The notes: generated by a model not told the origin, from the sequence alone. Shown: positions 26,343 to 40,670, numbered from the stretch's first letter. The stretch is DNA of 64,000 nucleotides from Octopus sinensis (GCF_006345805.1 NC_043004.1:372001-436000); one strand, 5' to 3'. A program made the numbers and translations.

Positions 26343-27369
26343 CACATAAAAAACACCATTTGAGCATGGCCATTGCCAGTACCGCCTGACTGGCTCTCGT
26401 GCCGGTGGCATGTAAAAGCACCCACTCAGGAGGTGGGGATCCTTATAGCCATTTGATGTCTAAAAATTTCTATTCTACTTTTATGATTAAATATTATTAG
26501 GAATTGTATAACAAAAATGATATTATATTTTGTACACTGTGGAAATATAACTAGTTTATTGCACATAAATCTTAAATGGTCCCTAATTGAGAAGCATTGA
26601 TGTGGGCAAGAAAAACTTTAATTTGCATTAAGAATAAAGTATATAATCTGACTGAGAACAGCTGGGTTTATTCATAGCTTTACAAATCTAAACAACTACC
26701 AGACCATTTAAGTGTTATTGGTTTTCTTTTTAGAGTCTCCAAAGCTTGGAAGTCACAGCTAGAAAAAGATGATCCATGTTTGATAAACAAGTGTCACTAA
26801 AACAGACACCATTGACCAGTGATGTTGTTGTTATTATTCTTTGACAGATTGTAATATGACTGTTGAATTAATTAGGCCAAATAGAAGTCATTGCCCTCGT
26901 TTAACTATTTTAGTCTTGCATGAAACATTTCTGTCCGAGTGAAAAAAAAAAAAAGAAGGGCACTCATCGGTTTCATTCGGAGTGTCATTGATTAACACGC
27001 TATCACTCATCTGTCAAAACAGAGAATACTTCGCCAGATTTGATATTGCTTTGAAGAGGATTCCGTCTAAAGCTCTTCCCTCTTGTGTCTTTCATATCTC
27101 AATTTCTTGTTTAACAGTTAGGAAAATGAAATAATAGTACTGGGCCCAATAAGCGTTGGCACCTTGGGCACAGTGAGGAGAGAATTTAAAAATTGGTGGG
27201 GAAAGATGAGCATAAAAATTGAAATAGAGTAGATCCGGAAAACAACATTATTTGGCAGTGCAAGGAGTTTCCACAAAGTCCTCGAGACTTGAAAAGAACA
27301 CACCACCTTAGTCAACGAGAAGGGAACAGTGGGTGCATGACACACCCAGCAACATGATGAACACATTAG

Positions 27370-27372
<3 letters not shown>

Positions 27373-27438
<66 letters not shown>
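27373..27438. repeat. (AAT)n microsatellite
   Basis: Direct inspection. Confidence 0.95.
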
Positions 27439-27439
27439 A

Positions 27440-27645
27440 GACTCATCCGCTATAACTTCTTAAACCCCGGAAAAAACATTACTGAAGAAACATAGTGCCA
27501 TGAAATTGTCAAAATGAACGAAAAACTGGTACTCCTCCGTCCCAGACTGGTCAACAGAAGAGGGCCAATCTTTCTTCATGACAATGCTTGACCACACGTT
27601 TCACTAATGACGCTCCAAAAGTTGATGGAACTTGGCTATGAGTTC
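27440..27645 (+). mobile_element. Mariner (mos1/SETMAR-like) transposase internal fragment
   Basis: It translates, with a stop, to ..YNFLNPG..IT....PRLVNRRGPIFLHDNA*PHVSLMTLQKLMELGYE, containing the HDNA.PH motif. Confidence 0.8.
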
Positions 27646-29755
27646 CTTTCAAGTGTTGGGCCTCACAGAGGTAATGACCAAAACCTTTGGCATTACGTTG
27701 TGCTTGAGAAGACCCATCAAGTCAAGCAAAATCGCAGTCGCGGCAGATACTGGTGTCATGCAAATGGCACCCATGCTGGTGGCACATAAAAGCACCCATT
27801 ACACTCACGGAGTGGTTGACATTAGGAAAGGCCTTAGAAAACCATGCCAAATCAGACTGGAATCTGGTGCAGCCTTCCAGCTTGCCAGCCCTGGTCAAAC
27901 TGTCCAACCCATGCTAGCATGGACAATGGATGTTAAATGATGATGATGATGATGACAACGACAATCAACAGAGTTTTTCAGCATATTACTGGTTATTTAT
28001 TTTACAGATGGATGTATGGTAATAGCAAGCTGAATGTAACTTCATTGTGAAAATGAGAGATGAAATGAAATAGATTTGTCTTTCTACTTCCTGAGACAGC
28101 TTCATAATATCAACAGGAACTGAAGACAATAACAGCTAACATTGGTGGGGTGCTGTGATTGGCTGAAATGAACCCATGTACCTTATTAATATTAATGTCA
28201 CAGACCCCCAACAGTAAAGAACTGTCCGCAAGTCGTAGCACTCAGAGGGCCAGTTACCCAGTTCTCACAGCATAACAAATGACTGAGATCACAACATTCT
28301 CCCCTGGATGGGACACCAGTCACTCACAGGGTTACTCGCTTACAGCTGAATGGACTGGAGTAATGTGAAATGAAGTGTGTTGCTCAAGAAAAACAACACA
28401 CTGCCTGGTCTGGAAATTGAAACCATGATCTTGTGGTTGTGAGCACAATGCCCTAACCAGCAGACCATGTGTCTTCCCCATGAACAAAAGTCAATAGTTA
28501 AACCCAAGTGGAATTTAAACTGATGATGTAGAGCAATGAAACCCAATACTTTAAGACATTTAGCCCAGAGTTCTACCATTTCTGCCAAGTCAATAAATGA
28601 AATTATTTCAAGGAAATAACAAATAACTCCTCTCACACACACACACAAATTGGAATGTTCTTTGACCATATACTACTTTGAAATAACTGCAACAAAAGAG
28701 TATTTGTAAACACTAAAAATAGTAATAACAGAGAATGATTTAGTTGCAGGAAGATGCAATAATACGAGAAACTGTTGATAAAACAAGTTCTTGGGTTTCC
28801 AAACTTGCAGCGTGTAGAAAGTGTTTGGCGCTATGGATAAAGTTGACAATACCAGCAGCCAAGTATTCAATAAGAGGGCATCTGTCAGACAGTAACACCA
28901 TGACAGTGTAAGAAGAGATGAAACCTCGTTCAAACTAGAATAAACATCTCTTGCTCTTTATAGCCCACAAAGTAGACAAACAGAGTAATTGATAGTTTAT
29001 AAATGCCCTTAATAGCCGGGAGAATATTGGTTATCACTTGCACAAAAGATCTGTGTTTACATAAAGAAATAGAAATTAAAAACAAAAGGAAAAAAATGAA
29101 AAAGAAAACAGCTTAGCTGAAAATATGAAAACATTCTTTACCACATGTAAAGAATGTGAAAAACCAACCTAAATATAGCAATATTTTATTAAAAAAAAAA
29201 GCAAAATGAGCTAAAATCTATATACTTTAATATATTTCCAGACACTAAGCTTTCTTGTTTTTTTCTTAAAACCATTTGGAATTCATAACATGCAACAGCT
29301 GAGCATTCCTTAGGAATAATTATCTGCTATAAACCACAAATCATTTCTGTGAATGAAGCAGGCTCTTGGAAAGGTAGCAGACAGCATGGTGATGAAATGA
29401 CTGGCACTCCATCGGTTATGACGACAAAAGTTCCAGTTGATCCAGTCAACGGAACAGCCTGCTCGGGAAATTAACAGCAAGTGGTTGAGCACTCCACAGA
29501 CACATGTACCCTGTAGTTCTCAGGGAGATTCAGCATTACACTGAACGTGAATTACAACAGGTACAACTCATTTTTGCCAGCTGTGTGGACTAGAACAACA
29601 TGAAATGAAGTGTCTTGCTCAAGAACACAACACGCCACTGGGAACTGAACTCCTGACTTTCTAATTGTGAGACAAACACCCTAACCACTGAACCATGCCC
29701 TTCATTCATAAACGAGGTATTTCTAATTACTCAACAGAAGTTGTTAGCCAAGACC

Positions 29756-30110
29756 AGGGGTCACCAAACGTTTTTCACAGTGGGCCATATAACTGAGGGA
29801 ATGAGAAGCACCAGGTTGCATAACCATTTTGCTCAATACAATACAATCAATACACAAAAGAAATAAAGACAACCAACATATCTATTTACCAAAAGGTTGT
29901 CAAAGAAGGTGACGTTAGCAATAAGATAGTTATATCACACCCAGTGTGCACAAATCCGAATCTCACAAACTAAGCAACAAAAAGGGGTTAGTGAGATTCA
30001 TGAAACTGGTGTATAGCTTTTGAAGATCTCATCAATATTTGCTTTGGAATTGCTGCATCCAACCAAGAGAAATGCTTTCAAATGTTTATTAGTCAACCTC
30101 GTTCAATGTG
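29756..30110 (-). mobile_element. hAT (Charlie/SPIN-like) transposon 3' end remnant
   Basis: Terminus CAGGGGTCACCAAAC at 29756. The minus strand gives RLTNKHLKAFLLVGCSNSKANIDEIFKSY, resembling the C-terminus of GTF2IRD2/SPIN-type transposases. Confidence 0.6.
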
Positions 30111-32400
30111 TTGACTTCACCGCCTGATTGGCCCTCGTGCTGGTGGCACGTAAAAAGCACCCACTATACTCTCAGAGAGGTTGGTGTTAGGAAGGGCATC
30201 CAGCTGTAGAAACATTGCCAGATCGGATTGGAGCCTGGTACAGCCTCCTGGCTTGCCAGCCATCAGTCAAACCGTCCAACCCATGCCAGCATGGAATGCG
30301 GACGCTAAACGACGATAATGATGAGGAGGATGTTTGCTCACAGACATAAGTTGTTGCAAACACTGATGCCATACCAGAGGCAAATGCAGGTACTTACACA
30401 AAAGGTACAGAGCAGCAGCAGGCCAGATGAACTGACCTCGTGGGCCAGAAACAGCTGTAAGACTATATCTTTCTTTTGTTTTGTCATGCAAAGTACCTGG
30501 TGGCCCTGTCAGTGATGCGCCATGCAAAAAACACTCTGTAATGTGGTTAGCATTAGGAAGGGCATTCTGCCTATAGAAACCATGCTAAAACAGACACTGC
30601 AGCTTGGTACTGCTCCCGACCTTGTCAGTTCCTTTCAAACTGTCCAACCCATACCAGCAGGGAAAACTTGACATTAAATGATAATACAGATGATGGTGAT
30701 GATGATGATGATGATGATAATGGGGGAGGGGTACATTGTTACACTGGAATATCTGTAACTAATAACGCCTTGGTCCCCCCAAATATTATAAATGAATAAA
30801 ATAAAGAAAAAGTACAGATGTATGTTTTTTGGGGGGTGTTTATTCCATTTACGGCACTTCACCTTCAACCATTCACTACCTCCAAAGAACCAAAGGCAAA
30901 AGTTAGCAAACCACTCACCATCACATGACCACCACCTCCAAACAAAGCAGGGCAAAAATGAAATAGTGTTAAAACCTTTCAGCGTCTGGCTGCCAACTCT
31001 GTCGTTTCTGTGTCGACTCACTTCACTTCCCCCAAGCCATCTCTCCAATATTGTAAACATCATCATTTAGATCCATACGTAATTATAAACAGTGAAATAC
31101 TAACACAATATTTATGCAGAAACAGTTTATATTTAGGAGTCAGTGACATGGAGGACCAGGTCAACGTTCCATAAAACAATTTTCAAGTCTGGTTTGCAGG
31201 TTTTTTTTTTTCCAGTATTTTATTATCTTTACAGTTTACTTGCTTCAGTCACTGGACTGTGGCCATGCTGGGGCACTGCTCCAAGGGTTTAGTCAAACAA
31301 ATCGACACCCCTGCCTGCCCCGCCCATATTCATATTTTTAAAATCTGGTACTTTATCGGTCTCTTTTGCCAAAGAGCTAAGTTATGGTGAGGTAAACAAA
31401 CCAACACCAATTGTCAAAGGGTGGCATTAAACAATCACGAAGACATGTATGCATTATATATTATTTCTTTATTGGCCACAAGGGGCTAAACATGGAGGGG
31501 ACAAACAAGGACAGACAAACGGATTAAGCCAATTACATCGACTCTGGTACGTAACTGGTACTTATTTAATCGACCCTGAAAGGATGAAAGGCAAAGTTGA
31601 CCACGGCAGAATTTGAACTCAGAATGTAATGACAAAAGAAATACCACTAAGCATTTCACCCGGCGTGCTAACAATTCTGCCAGCTCGCCGCCCTCATATA
31701 TATATACACACACATATATATTATCATCATTTAATGTCTGTTTTCCATGCTGGCAGGAGCTGGACGATTTGACATGATCTAGAAAGTCAGAAGATTGCTG
31801 GCAAGCTTCACTGTCATCTCTTTCATGGTTTCTACAACTGGCTGCCCTTCCTAAAGCCAATCACTTTACAGATAAACAAACACACACAGACAGAGGCTTC
31901 TTTCAGTTTCCATCTACCCAATCCACTCACAAAGCTTTGTTCAGCTTAAGGCTATAGTAAAAGACACTTGCCCAAGGTGCCACACAGTGGGACTGAACCC
32001 AGGGCCCTGTGAATGAGGAGCAAACTTCTTACCACACAGCCACTCCAGGACAAAGAGCAACTGACCTCTGGTAGGACCAAAATGATATTTTTTTCTATAA
32101 TTATTTTTACATAATGCTGGTTACCCAGTGCCCATAGTATTTAAGTGACCAAGATCACAAGACAATGGGAGGCTGGTCCATTGCAGGATTCATAGCTGGA
32201 AATTTTAAGGGAAGGGGACATACCAATTATACCAGCCCCAGTATTTGATCATTATTATCATCGTCATTGTTTAACGTCTGCTTTCTGTTTATAGCGAGGA
32301 ATTTTCTCTCGGACAAAATGCAGTGAATGATAATGTAAATAGTGTACATAATTCCTCATCTCTTAAATATAGAACTGTACAAAATATATTATTTACTAAC

Positions 32401-32497
32401 CTCAAACTCTCTAGGTTCAAACATGTTTTGTAGAATGACAGTTTTTTCGCGTTTGAATCTCATACCACGCAGTGGTTCTGGGCGCCAGTCAAACAAC
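32401..32497 (-). CDS. HTATSF1: HTATSF1 coding exon 5 (LFDWRPEPLRGMRFKREKTVILQNMFEPREFE), 97 nt, start of UHM/RRM2
   Basis: The DWRP and NMF motifs match the family (human LDWRPE...VIIKNMFHP). Polypyrimidine acceptor ttttttttttctAG at 32499-32498, donor GTTAGT at 32400. Completes the phase-2 codon from exon 4. Confidence 0.92.
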
Positions 32498-34845
32498 CTA
32501 GAAAAAAAAACGATAGATATTTTTTTTAAAAACAATCAATTAAATGTGCAATCAATATGTGAAAATATATGAAAAAAATGCAATGCCAGGTTGCTTCACA
32601 ATGTTACTGATAATGTGTAACCTAGTATAACCTGTTACGTGGTTAGGTTAGCTGTGACAAAACCAGCAACCTCACCAAGCTTGCTTGGTGAGGAGGGCAA
32701 TTTTGGATTTTGGAAAAATACAACAATACCTATTCAATAAAAAGAGAAGGAGAGAAGGGACAAGATTCTGAGTTCAATTCGTAGTGGTGGTGGCAGCGGT
32801 GGTGGTGATGATGATGATGAGGATGATGATGGGCTGGTGTCAGCACCGCTTTGACTGGCATCCGTGCCGGTGGCACATAAAAAGCAGCAACCGATCGTGG
32901 CCGTTGCCAGCCTCCTCTGACATTCATGGCTTTCTCTAGGCCCTTAGCAGTTTTATTAAAGTAAAATAATTTTAACCTTTTAATATTTAAACTGACACTA
33001 CCTGGACCGTATATTCTACTAGTTTTATGTTCAAACTGACCAGATCCAACCTCTCACACCTAACCTACAATGTCATTCTAAAAATAAACAATCACATGAA
33101 AGTATGATATAACACATGATTAATTCAAAACAATGTGAGTAAAGAAGCATTATATTTGACAGAGGAATCTGAATGCTAAAGGGTTAACCAACAATTAAGG
33201 CTTACTAGTAATTTTGTCAGGCTTTGGCCATAGAGTGGCCAAGTTCCTTTTGAACCTTGGGCCTCACAGAGGCAATGACCAAGACCTTTGGCATTATGTC
33301 AAACCAAGCAAAATCACAGGCGTGACAGACACCGGAGTCATGCAAATGGCACCTGTGCCGGTGGTACGTAAAAGCAACCATTACCCTCTCAGGGTGGCTG
33401 GTATTAGGAAGGGCATCCAGTCGTAGATAACCATACCAAATCAGCTCTAACCAAAACGTCCAACCCATGCCAGCATGGACAATGGACGTTAAATGATGAT
33501 GATGATTGTCGTGTTTATTTTTCTTGAACCTGAGGACTCATAAGACCAGTTACCCAGAGCCCATGGTATGTAAGCGACTGAGATCTTTGGGTTAAAATCA
33601 ATCATAACATCATCATCATCATCATCAACAGCAACAACAACAATGAACAGGAAATAGGAAAGACTAGGCCTTTTCTCACGCCTGACAGCAATGCAAGAAG
33701 GATTATTCATTCTTGAAAGAAGCCTTTTCTTTTAACTTTAACTTGTTTCAGTCATTGGACTACGACCATGCTGGGGCACAGCCTTGAAAAGTTTTTAGCT
33801 GAGTGAATTGATCCTAGCACTTTTCTTTAAGTCTGGTACTTATTCTAAGTTACAGGGACATAAACAAACCAACACTGGTTGTCAAGCAGTGTAGGGGGAA
33901 CACACACACACACACATGATGGGCTTCTTTCAGTTTCCATATACCAAATTCACTCACAAGGCTTTTGGTCAACCCAAGGCTATAGTAGAAGACATTTGCA
34001 CAAGGTACCATGCAGTGGGACTGAACCCAGAACCATGTGGTCAGGAAGCAAACTTCTTACCACACAGCTACACCTGTGCTTATATGTTAGTAAAGAAAAT
34101 TATAAAAATTCCAAGTGTAGTTGTGTAGAGATGAAGTTTGCTTCACAACCACCTGGTTTCAGATTTGGTTCCACTGTGTGACATTTTGAGCAAGTGGTTT
34201 CCAGTATAGTCCGAAGCCAACCAAAGCCTCAAGAGTAGATTTGGTACATGGAAACTGAAATGAGCCCTTCGTATTTATGTGTACGTTGCGTATGGTGTGT
34301 GAGTGGTGTGTTTGTATTTCCTTATCTTGCCATTGCCTGATAGTTGTAAACGAGTATCACTGTTATAGAAGCAGTGTCGTTCATTTACAATAATATGTGA
34401 AAACATGTCCGACCATGGGGAAATATTGATTTCAAATTTTGGTACAAGACTAGCAGTTTTAAGGGAGGAGATAAGTCAATTGCATCAACCCTAGTATTTA
34501 ACTGGTACTTATTTTATCAACCCCCAAATGTATCAAAGACAAAGTCAACCTTGGTGGAATTTGAACTCAGAATGTAAAGATGGTCGAAATGCCACTAAGC
34601 ATTTTGCCTAGTGTGCTAATGATTCAGCCAGATCACCACCATGGGGAAATATTAACATTTATAGCAACAGGTGAGGGTAGGTGTCAGGAAGGGCACCCAG
34701 CTGTAGAAAATCTGCGTCAACAAACTCTGTCCAAGCCATGCAAGTTTTGGAAAAGCGAATGCTAAAAAACTATTTCATTCATTAACTTTTTTGTTACATA
34801 AAAACTAATTAAGGTAAATTAATTAAGTTAAAATATGAGACTTAC

Positions 34846-35015
34846 TTTTCTTGTTTCTCTTTGAATTTCTTTTTTTCTTTGTTCGTTAACTTTCGTTTTT
34901 TTTTCGATGGATCGAATTTACCTTTCATTTCAAATTTTGCCATCTCTACTTTGATCTTTTTCCCTCGTACATCATAACCATCCAAGATCTGCAGCGCTAG
35001 GCTTACAGACTCCGG
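34846..35015 (-). CDS. HTATSF1: HTATSF1 coding exon 4 (PESVSLALQILDGYDVRGKKIKVEMAKFEMKGKFDPSKKKRKLTNKEKKKFKEKQE-K), 170 nt
   Basis: RRM1 C-terminal half plus the basic linker typical of the family. Acceptor ttcAG at 35017-35016, donor GTAAGT at 34845. Ends phase 2. Confidence 0.95.
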
Positions 35016-35659
35016 CTGAAATAGAAAAAAATTCAAGATTAAACAATTCATATTGATGAATCCATGTTAAGGTAATTCTCGACTCCGTCGGTCACGAATG
35101 ACCATGGGTGCACCTAAGAGGTTACCCTCTGGGGTACAAGTCTGGGTAGAAAGTCACCTTGCTAGTGAACACACGACCTAGGGTTGTTTTTATGGAAGAC
35201 CAGCAGTCGACCATACATACCACTCCGAGAGTGTAGTGTCAAATCATACAACCCTTGCCAGCATGAAAGGTGAATGTTAAACAACAATGATGATGATGAT
35301 GATGATATTGGTGCCACGTAAGAAGCAGCCATGCTGGTGCTATGTAAAAAGCATCCAGTATACTCCATAAAGTGATTGAGATTAGGACAAACATCCAGCC
35401 ATAGAAACTATACCAAACCAGACAATTGGAGCTTGGTTCAGCTCTCCAGCCTTGCCAGCCCCTGTCAAACCATCCAACCTTTGCCAGCATGGAAAACAAA
35501 TGTTAAAGAATGATGATAATGATACACATATGTCCTTATGTTTATCTCCTCTCACGCACTAACCACTTGATAACTGATGTTGGTTTGTTTACATTCCCCC
35601 ATAACTTAGCAGCTCAGCAAAAGAGACTGATAGAATAAATACCAGGCTTCAAAATAACA

Positions 35660-36355
35660 TACATACTGGAGTGTTATGGATGAGGGCAGCTGTGTGCAGA
35701 AGTGTTGCACTCTACCGGAGGAGGCGGGAACCTGTGGAAGAGGTAGACCCAGGAAGACATGGGACGAGGTAGCAAAGCACAATCTTCAAATGTTGGGCCT
35801 CAATGACAAGCAACTGAGACCATTAGAGATATATGCTGTCCTTGAGAAGGCCCATCAAGCAAAGTGAGATCATAGTTATGGCCGATGCCAGTCTCAAGTA
35901 ACTGGCCCTTTAAAAGCACCCGTCAATCATTGGGCGATATGCTGTTCTTGTCAAGACCCTGTCAAACTGAGTGAAATCGTAGTTGTGGTCGATGCCAGTG
36001 TTTTCTGACTGGCAGGTAAAAAACACCGTTTGAGCATGGGGCCTCATGGAGGCAGTGACAGGTGACCAAGACCCTTGGCGATATACGGTACTTGTGAAGA
36101 CCTGTCATGCCAAGTGAGACCATAGCCATAGCCAACACTAGTGTCAGGTCATTGCCATCCAAGCTAGTGGTATATAAAAAAAACACCCACTACATTCTCA
36201 GAGTGGTTGGCGTTAGGAAGGGCATCAGCCATAGAAACCTTGCCAAATTAGATCAGGACCTGATGCAGCTCCCTGGCTTACCAGTTTTCAGTTGAACCAT
36301 CCAACCCATGCCAGCAGGGAAAGCAGACATTAAATGATGATGATGATGATGATGA
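35660..36355 (+). mobile_element. RTE LINE 3' end plus tail
   Basis: GTCGRGRPRKTWDEV followed by the same 3' UTR modules and a (GAT)n tail. Confidence 0.75.
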
Positions 36356-36452
36356 GTTGCTTCATCTGACTAAAAATTCTTGACAGCTGTGCTCCATCAT
36401 GGCTGAGGTCCAATGACTGAAACAAATGAAAAATAAAAGAGAAATTATTCAC

Positions 36453-36655
36453 CTTGATATAACAACATAGTCCGTCCCCTTTCGGTTGACCATTATCGTC
36501 TTTATAGAGTTTGATTTTTGCTGCCCTCTTCATTGGGTCATGCATGATAAGACCACACTTTTTCATTATTGACAGAAATTCGTCATCTGTGATGTCAAGT
36601 GGAAGCCCGGACACATAAACATTCAGATTGTGTTTATCATCAACATGAAACCAAC
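36453..36655 (-). CDS. HTATSF1: HTATSF1 coding exon 3, RRM1 N-half (GWFHVDDKHNLNVYVSGLPLDIT...KGDGLCCYIK), 203 nt
   Basis: RNP2 (VYVSGLP) and RNP1 (KGDGLCCY) of Tat-SF1 RRM1. Acceptor ttcAG at 36657-36656, donor GTGAAT at 36452. Phases are consistent with both neighbours. Confidence 0.95.
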
Positions 36656-36931
36656 CTGAAAAAAAACACAAAAAAATAACTAAAATGAGAAAAAGCTTAG
36701 AAAAACTGGATTTTTTTTTAATAAAGATTGTTACATTTGGAGATTCAAAAACTACCAGTGTCATGCAAATGGCTCCCGTGCCGGTGGTACATAAAAGCAC
36801 CCATTACACTCTCAGAGTGGTTGGCATTAGGAAGGGCATCTGGAGTCTGGCACAGCTTTCCAGTGTGCTAGCCCAGTCAAACCGTCCAACCCATGCCAGC
36901 ATGGACAATGGTTGATGATGATATATATGTG

Positions 36932-36965
<34 letters not shown>

Positions 36966-37291
36966 GAGTGAGAGAGAGAGAGAGAGAGAGAGAACATAAG
37001 AGGTTTAGTTCATTTGTGATTTAACCCAAGTGGCTGAGTTAGCATATCCATGCAGTGGTTATTCTATCATCAGAGACAAGGTATGAATATTTTAGATAGG
37101 AAAAATTTATAGTTTACAAGGGATAAAATTCACAGTTTATAAGGAATAAAATATAAGAATAAAAAGTAGAAGTAGTTAGAATAGTAATTAGTATTTCGGT
37201 CGATAACTGATGAAGAATTAGGGTCCTTCTGTGTTTGTCCTATGTGTACGTTTTTTAGCATTTAATGCATTTTCCATTTATTATAAAAAAA

Positions 37292-37325
<34 letters not shown>

Positions 37326-38100
37326 AGAACTACAGAAAAGTAATCGAGTGACAAATCAAAAGGCAACGTTAGACAAGAATAAGGGAGATAATCGGTTTAA
37401 GCCGTCAGGACGCCAATACAAGGGAGATAATTCTATGACTAAGTTAACGATGTCATAAGAATCTGTTGGACCTTTCAAAGTATATTTTTGAATTTCTTTA
37501 AAATAAAAAATCATAGAGAATTCTCTAAAGAATTCTTTTTGTTTTAGCATGTATGTAAAGTATTGGGTTAAAAGAAAGTCGAAGGTTGCCCCCAAAAATT
37601 CTAGAAATTCTTATTCTCTCAGCAATATTTTGTTTTACAAACAATAAAAAAAAATAAGTACATCATACAAGTTATTATCAAGACAACTACAATGCAGTTT
37701 ATTCCTGTTTCAAGACACAGTCTTAAGTTCAGTCAATTGGTAAACATTAACAATTAAAATGCATTCACAGCAACTCTAGGCGAATACAATGGCTGGTACC
37801 AAAGTACAGACAGAAAGATATTCAAGTTATGCATACAATTATTTGAACCTTACCGAGTATATCACTAGTCATCGGGCTAATCCAGAAATGCACATTCTAT
37901 TAAAAACATGGTCCATAATATACTTCGGAACACATGAGGAGTCGGTTCCAAGAGAGGTGAATCATAGGTAAATAAATAACTAACGGTGGATTGCTGTCAA
38001 TTCCTTACAGCTGTTCTCAACAAATTTTTTAATTGATTAATGGGTACATTACATCGTTATAAAAAACCATTTTCTTCAAATGAATACACAAACCACAATA

Positions 38101-38627
38101 TTAGGACGTGCAACCAAGAGAATACCCTCCATCAGGCATTTGCCATATTCTGAATTCCTTACTTCCCTGGGCATGGATACATTGAAACTCCGACGTCTGG
38201 CAGCTGACTTGGCAGACACCCATAAAATTATTAACCATCTTACAAACAATAACTCCAAGCACCTTTTCAAACTCCACTTGTCTAACACCCTTGGACATAT
38301 TTATAAACTCAGAAAACAGCACAGCTCCCATGACTTTCGGAAACATTTTTTTCACGATAAGAGTTGCTAAAGTATGGAACAAATTGCTGGCATCAGTTGT
38401 TAGTTGTTGGAGCACTGCATCCTTCAAAACTTCCATGCTTCCTGTGATTTGCCAACACTACACCTGATTTTCTCCCCTCCATACACATGCAAGCATGTAT
38501 CTGACTCATACACTGTTTACTTTCCAGACATTTGTACACTACTACATATGCTTTATATGCACTTCTGACAAGTTGTGGTGCGCCTGAGCACCGTATACAA
38601 TAATTTCATGATTATTATTATTATTAT
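38101..38627 (+). mobile_element. CR1-clade LINE 3' fragment (second copy)
   Basis: RATKRIPSIRHLPYSE..LRRLAADL, a near copy of 18670-19205 with an (ATT)n tail. Confidence 0.9.
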
Positions 38628-40347
38628 AATGTTGTAGAGCCACCTGGAGATGATGTCTCCTGGGGCTAAATTACAGCAACATTCGTCCTAAACCAGGACT
38701 GCTATGTTATGTTGGCAAATAATCTTTACTCCAAAGTACTGTTGCCGAATATCTCTCGTGAGATTTACAAATAGTAATTTTTCACATTTAAAAATATTTT
38801 AAAATCTTTTTAAAAATTCATGGCAAGCACACATTTCGTGAGTCCACAACCTTCACTGGTTGCAGAAGGTTATGGAATCACAAATTATGCACTTGCTGTG
38901 GATTTTTAAATATTTTTAACTCTTCCCAATACTGTGGTTCGTGGACTCATCTAAAGAAAATGGTTTTTTATGATGTAATTAATCAATTAAAACATTCGTT
39001 GGAAACAGCTGTAATAAATTGACACCTATCCATTGTTTGTTATTTATATAATTATATATATATGCATGTGTCTTTGTGATCGTCTTACCACCACCATCAC
39101 TGGTTGACAACCAACGTTAGTTTGTTTATGTCACTGTGGCTTAGAAAATCAGCAACAATAAATGACGAGAGTAAGTATCAGACTTTAAAAATAAATATTG
39201 GAGTCAATTTGTTTTAATCTTTTCTATTTTATCTGCAACTGTGGAAATTTCGAAGTTTAGTGAAAATCTTTATATTTGCTGTATTGATGTAATTTTCCAT
39301 GCTGAAAATATATCACTTTTTCCAGAGAAAGATAGTATCCGTCAAATGTACATGATGATGATGTTCTACAAAAAGATGAGAAGGTCACAACTGGGCAAGC
39401 TTTTGGTCATAAGTCTGCTTAATCAGGACTCACCTGAAGCTAACAACAGTCTCAAAATGTCAGCATTTCCCTGATTCACCTTAAAGTTTGGAAGGTTCTC
39501 CACAAAGTGCTTCCATAAGTGTTAGAAAGTGTCAATAAAAGGTACCCACTACACTCTTGGGGTGGGTGGCGTTAGGAAGTCATCCAACCGTAGGAACTAA
39601 ACCAAATTCAGACTGGAACCTGGTGTAGCTCTCCAGCTTACCAGTTCCACTCAAGCCATCTAACCCATGCCAGCATGAAAAGCATATGTTAATGATGATG
39701 GACATACAACAGTTTAACATAATAGCAATTATGTGTTACTATCTTATTTGTTTAATCTAAAATATAAAAATAGTCTTGAAAGGATTATTTCTCTTAGATT
39801 TCATCAATTCTGGCTCGTGCATTTCTGCCACTACTTTGCCTAACAACATAAAAACATGCATATACCAAGCATTATTATAATATTACATATAATTAAGGTG
39901 GCGAGCTGGCAGAAACGTTAGCACGCCGGGCGAAATGCTTAGCGGCGTTTCGTCTGTCTTTATGTTCTCAGTTCAAATTTCGTTGAGGTCAATTTTGTCT
40001 TTCATCCTTTCGGGGTTGATAAATTAAGTACCAGTTGTGTACTGAGGACTGATCTCATCAACTAGCCCCCTTCCCAAAAATTTCGGGCCTTCTGCCTAGA
40101 ATAGAAAAGGATTTCTTCTCTTCAAGGCAGCAAGCTGGCAGAAATGCTTAGTGGCTTTTCATCTGTCTTTACGTTCTGAGTTCAAATTCAGCCGAGGTTG
40201 ACTTTGCCTTTCATCCTTTCAGGGTCAATAAATTAAGTACTAGTTGCCTACTAGGGTCAATCTAATCGACTGGCCTCCCCTCCCCAAAAATTTCAGGCTT
40301 TGTGCCCAAAGTAGAAAAGAATATTGGATATAATTAAAATTCCTTAC

Positions 40348-40540
40348 CTGGATCTTCTGATTTTTGCGCTGGTTTATACTTGCCACTAGTGTCACTGGGT
40401 TTGTTCTGTTCATTGCTATCAGAGTCTGGTTTGGGAGGGTCTTGGTTATATTCAATATCAGCAGTACTATTGTCTGTAACATTCGCAGCATCAGCAACAC
40501 CATAATTCATCTGATACTGAGCAATGAAATCCTCATCAAT
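40348..40540 (-). CDS. HTATSF1: HTATSF1 coding exon 2 (IDEDFIAQYQMNYGVADAANVTDN...SEDP-G), 193 nt, phase 0 to 1
   Basis: IDEDFIAQYQMNYG matches the family motif (human ITEDFIATYQANYG). Acceptor ttcAG at 40542-40541, donor GTAAGG at 40347. The frame joins exons 1 and 3. Not in the ORF track in this frame. Confidence 0.9.
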
Positions 40541-40670
40541 CTGAAATGAGAGTCACGCATTCATGTAAGCATGCTTGATTACCAAATTTTAGAGAAGGAT
40601 GGCAAAACAACTTATTACTGCAGTGGTGTATATTTGTCTTTTGTCTTGTACGTGTTAAGCCATTTACCAT

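Noticed and set aside
28520-28545. CTGATGA...GAAA hammerhead-like spacing
   Set aside because: No convincing stem II, no GUH cleavage site and no stem I partner.
28740-28934. 64-codon open frame after an acceptor-like ttattctAG on the minus strand
   Set aside because: No resemblance to HTATSF1 or any family I recognise, and no donor. This is compatible with chance.
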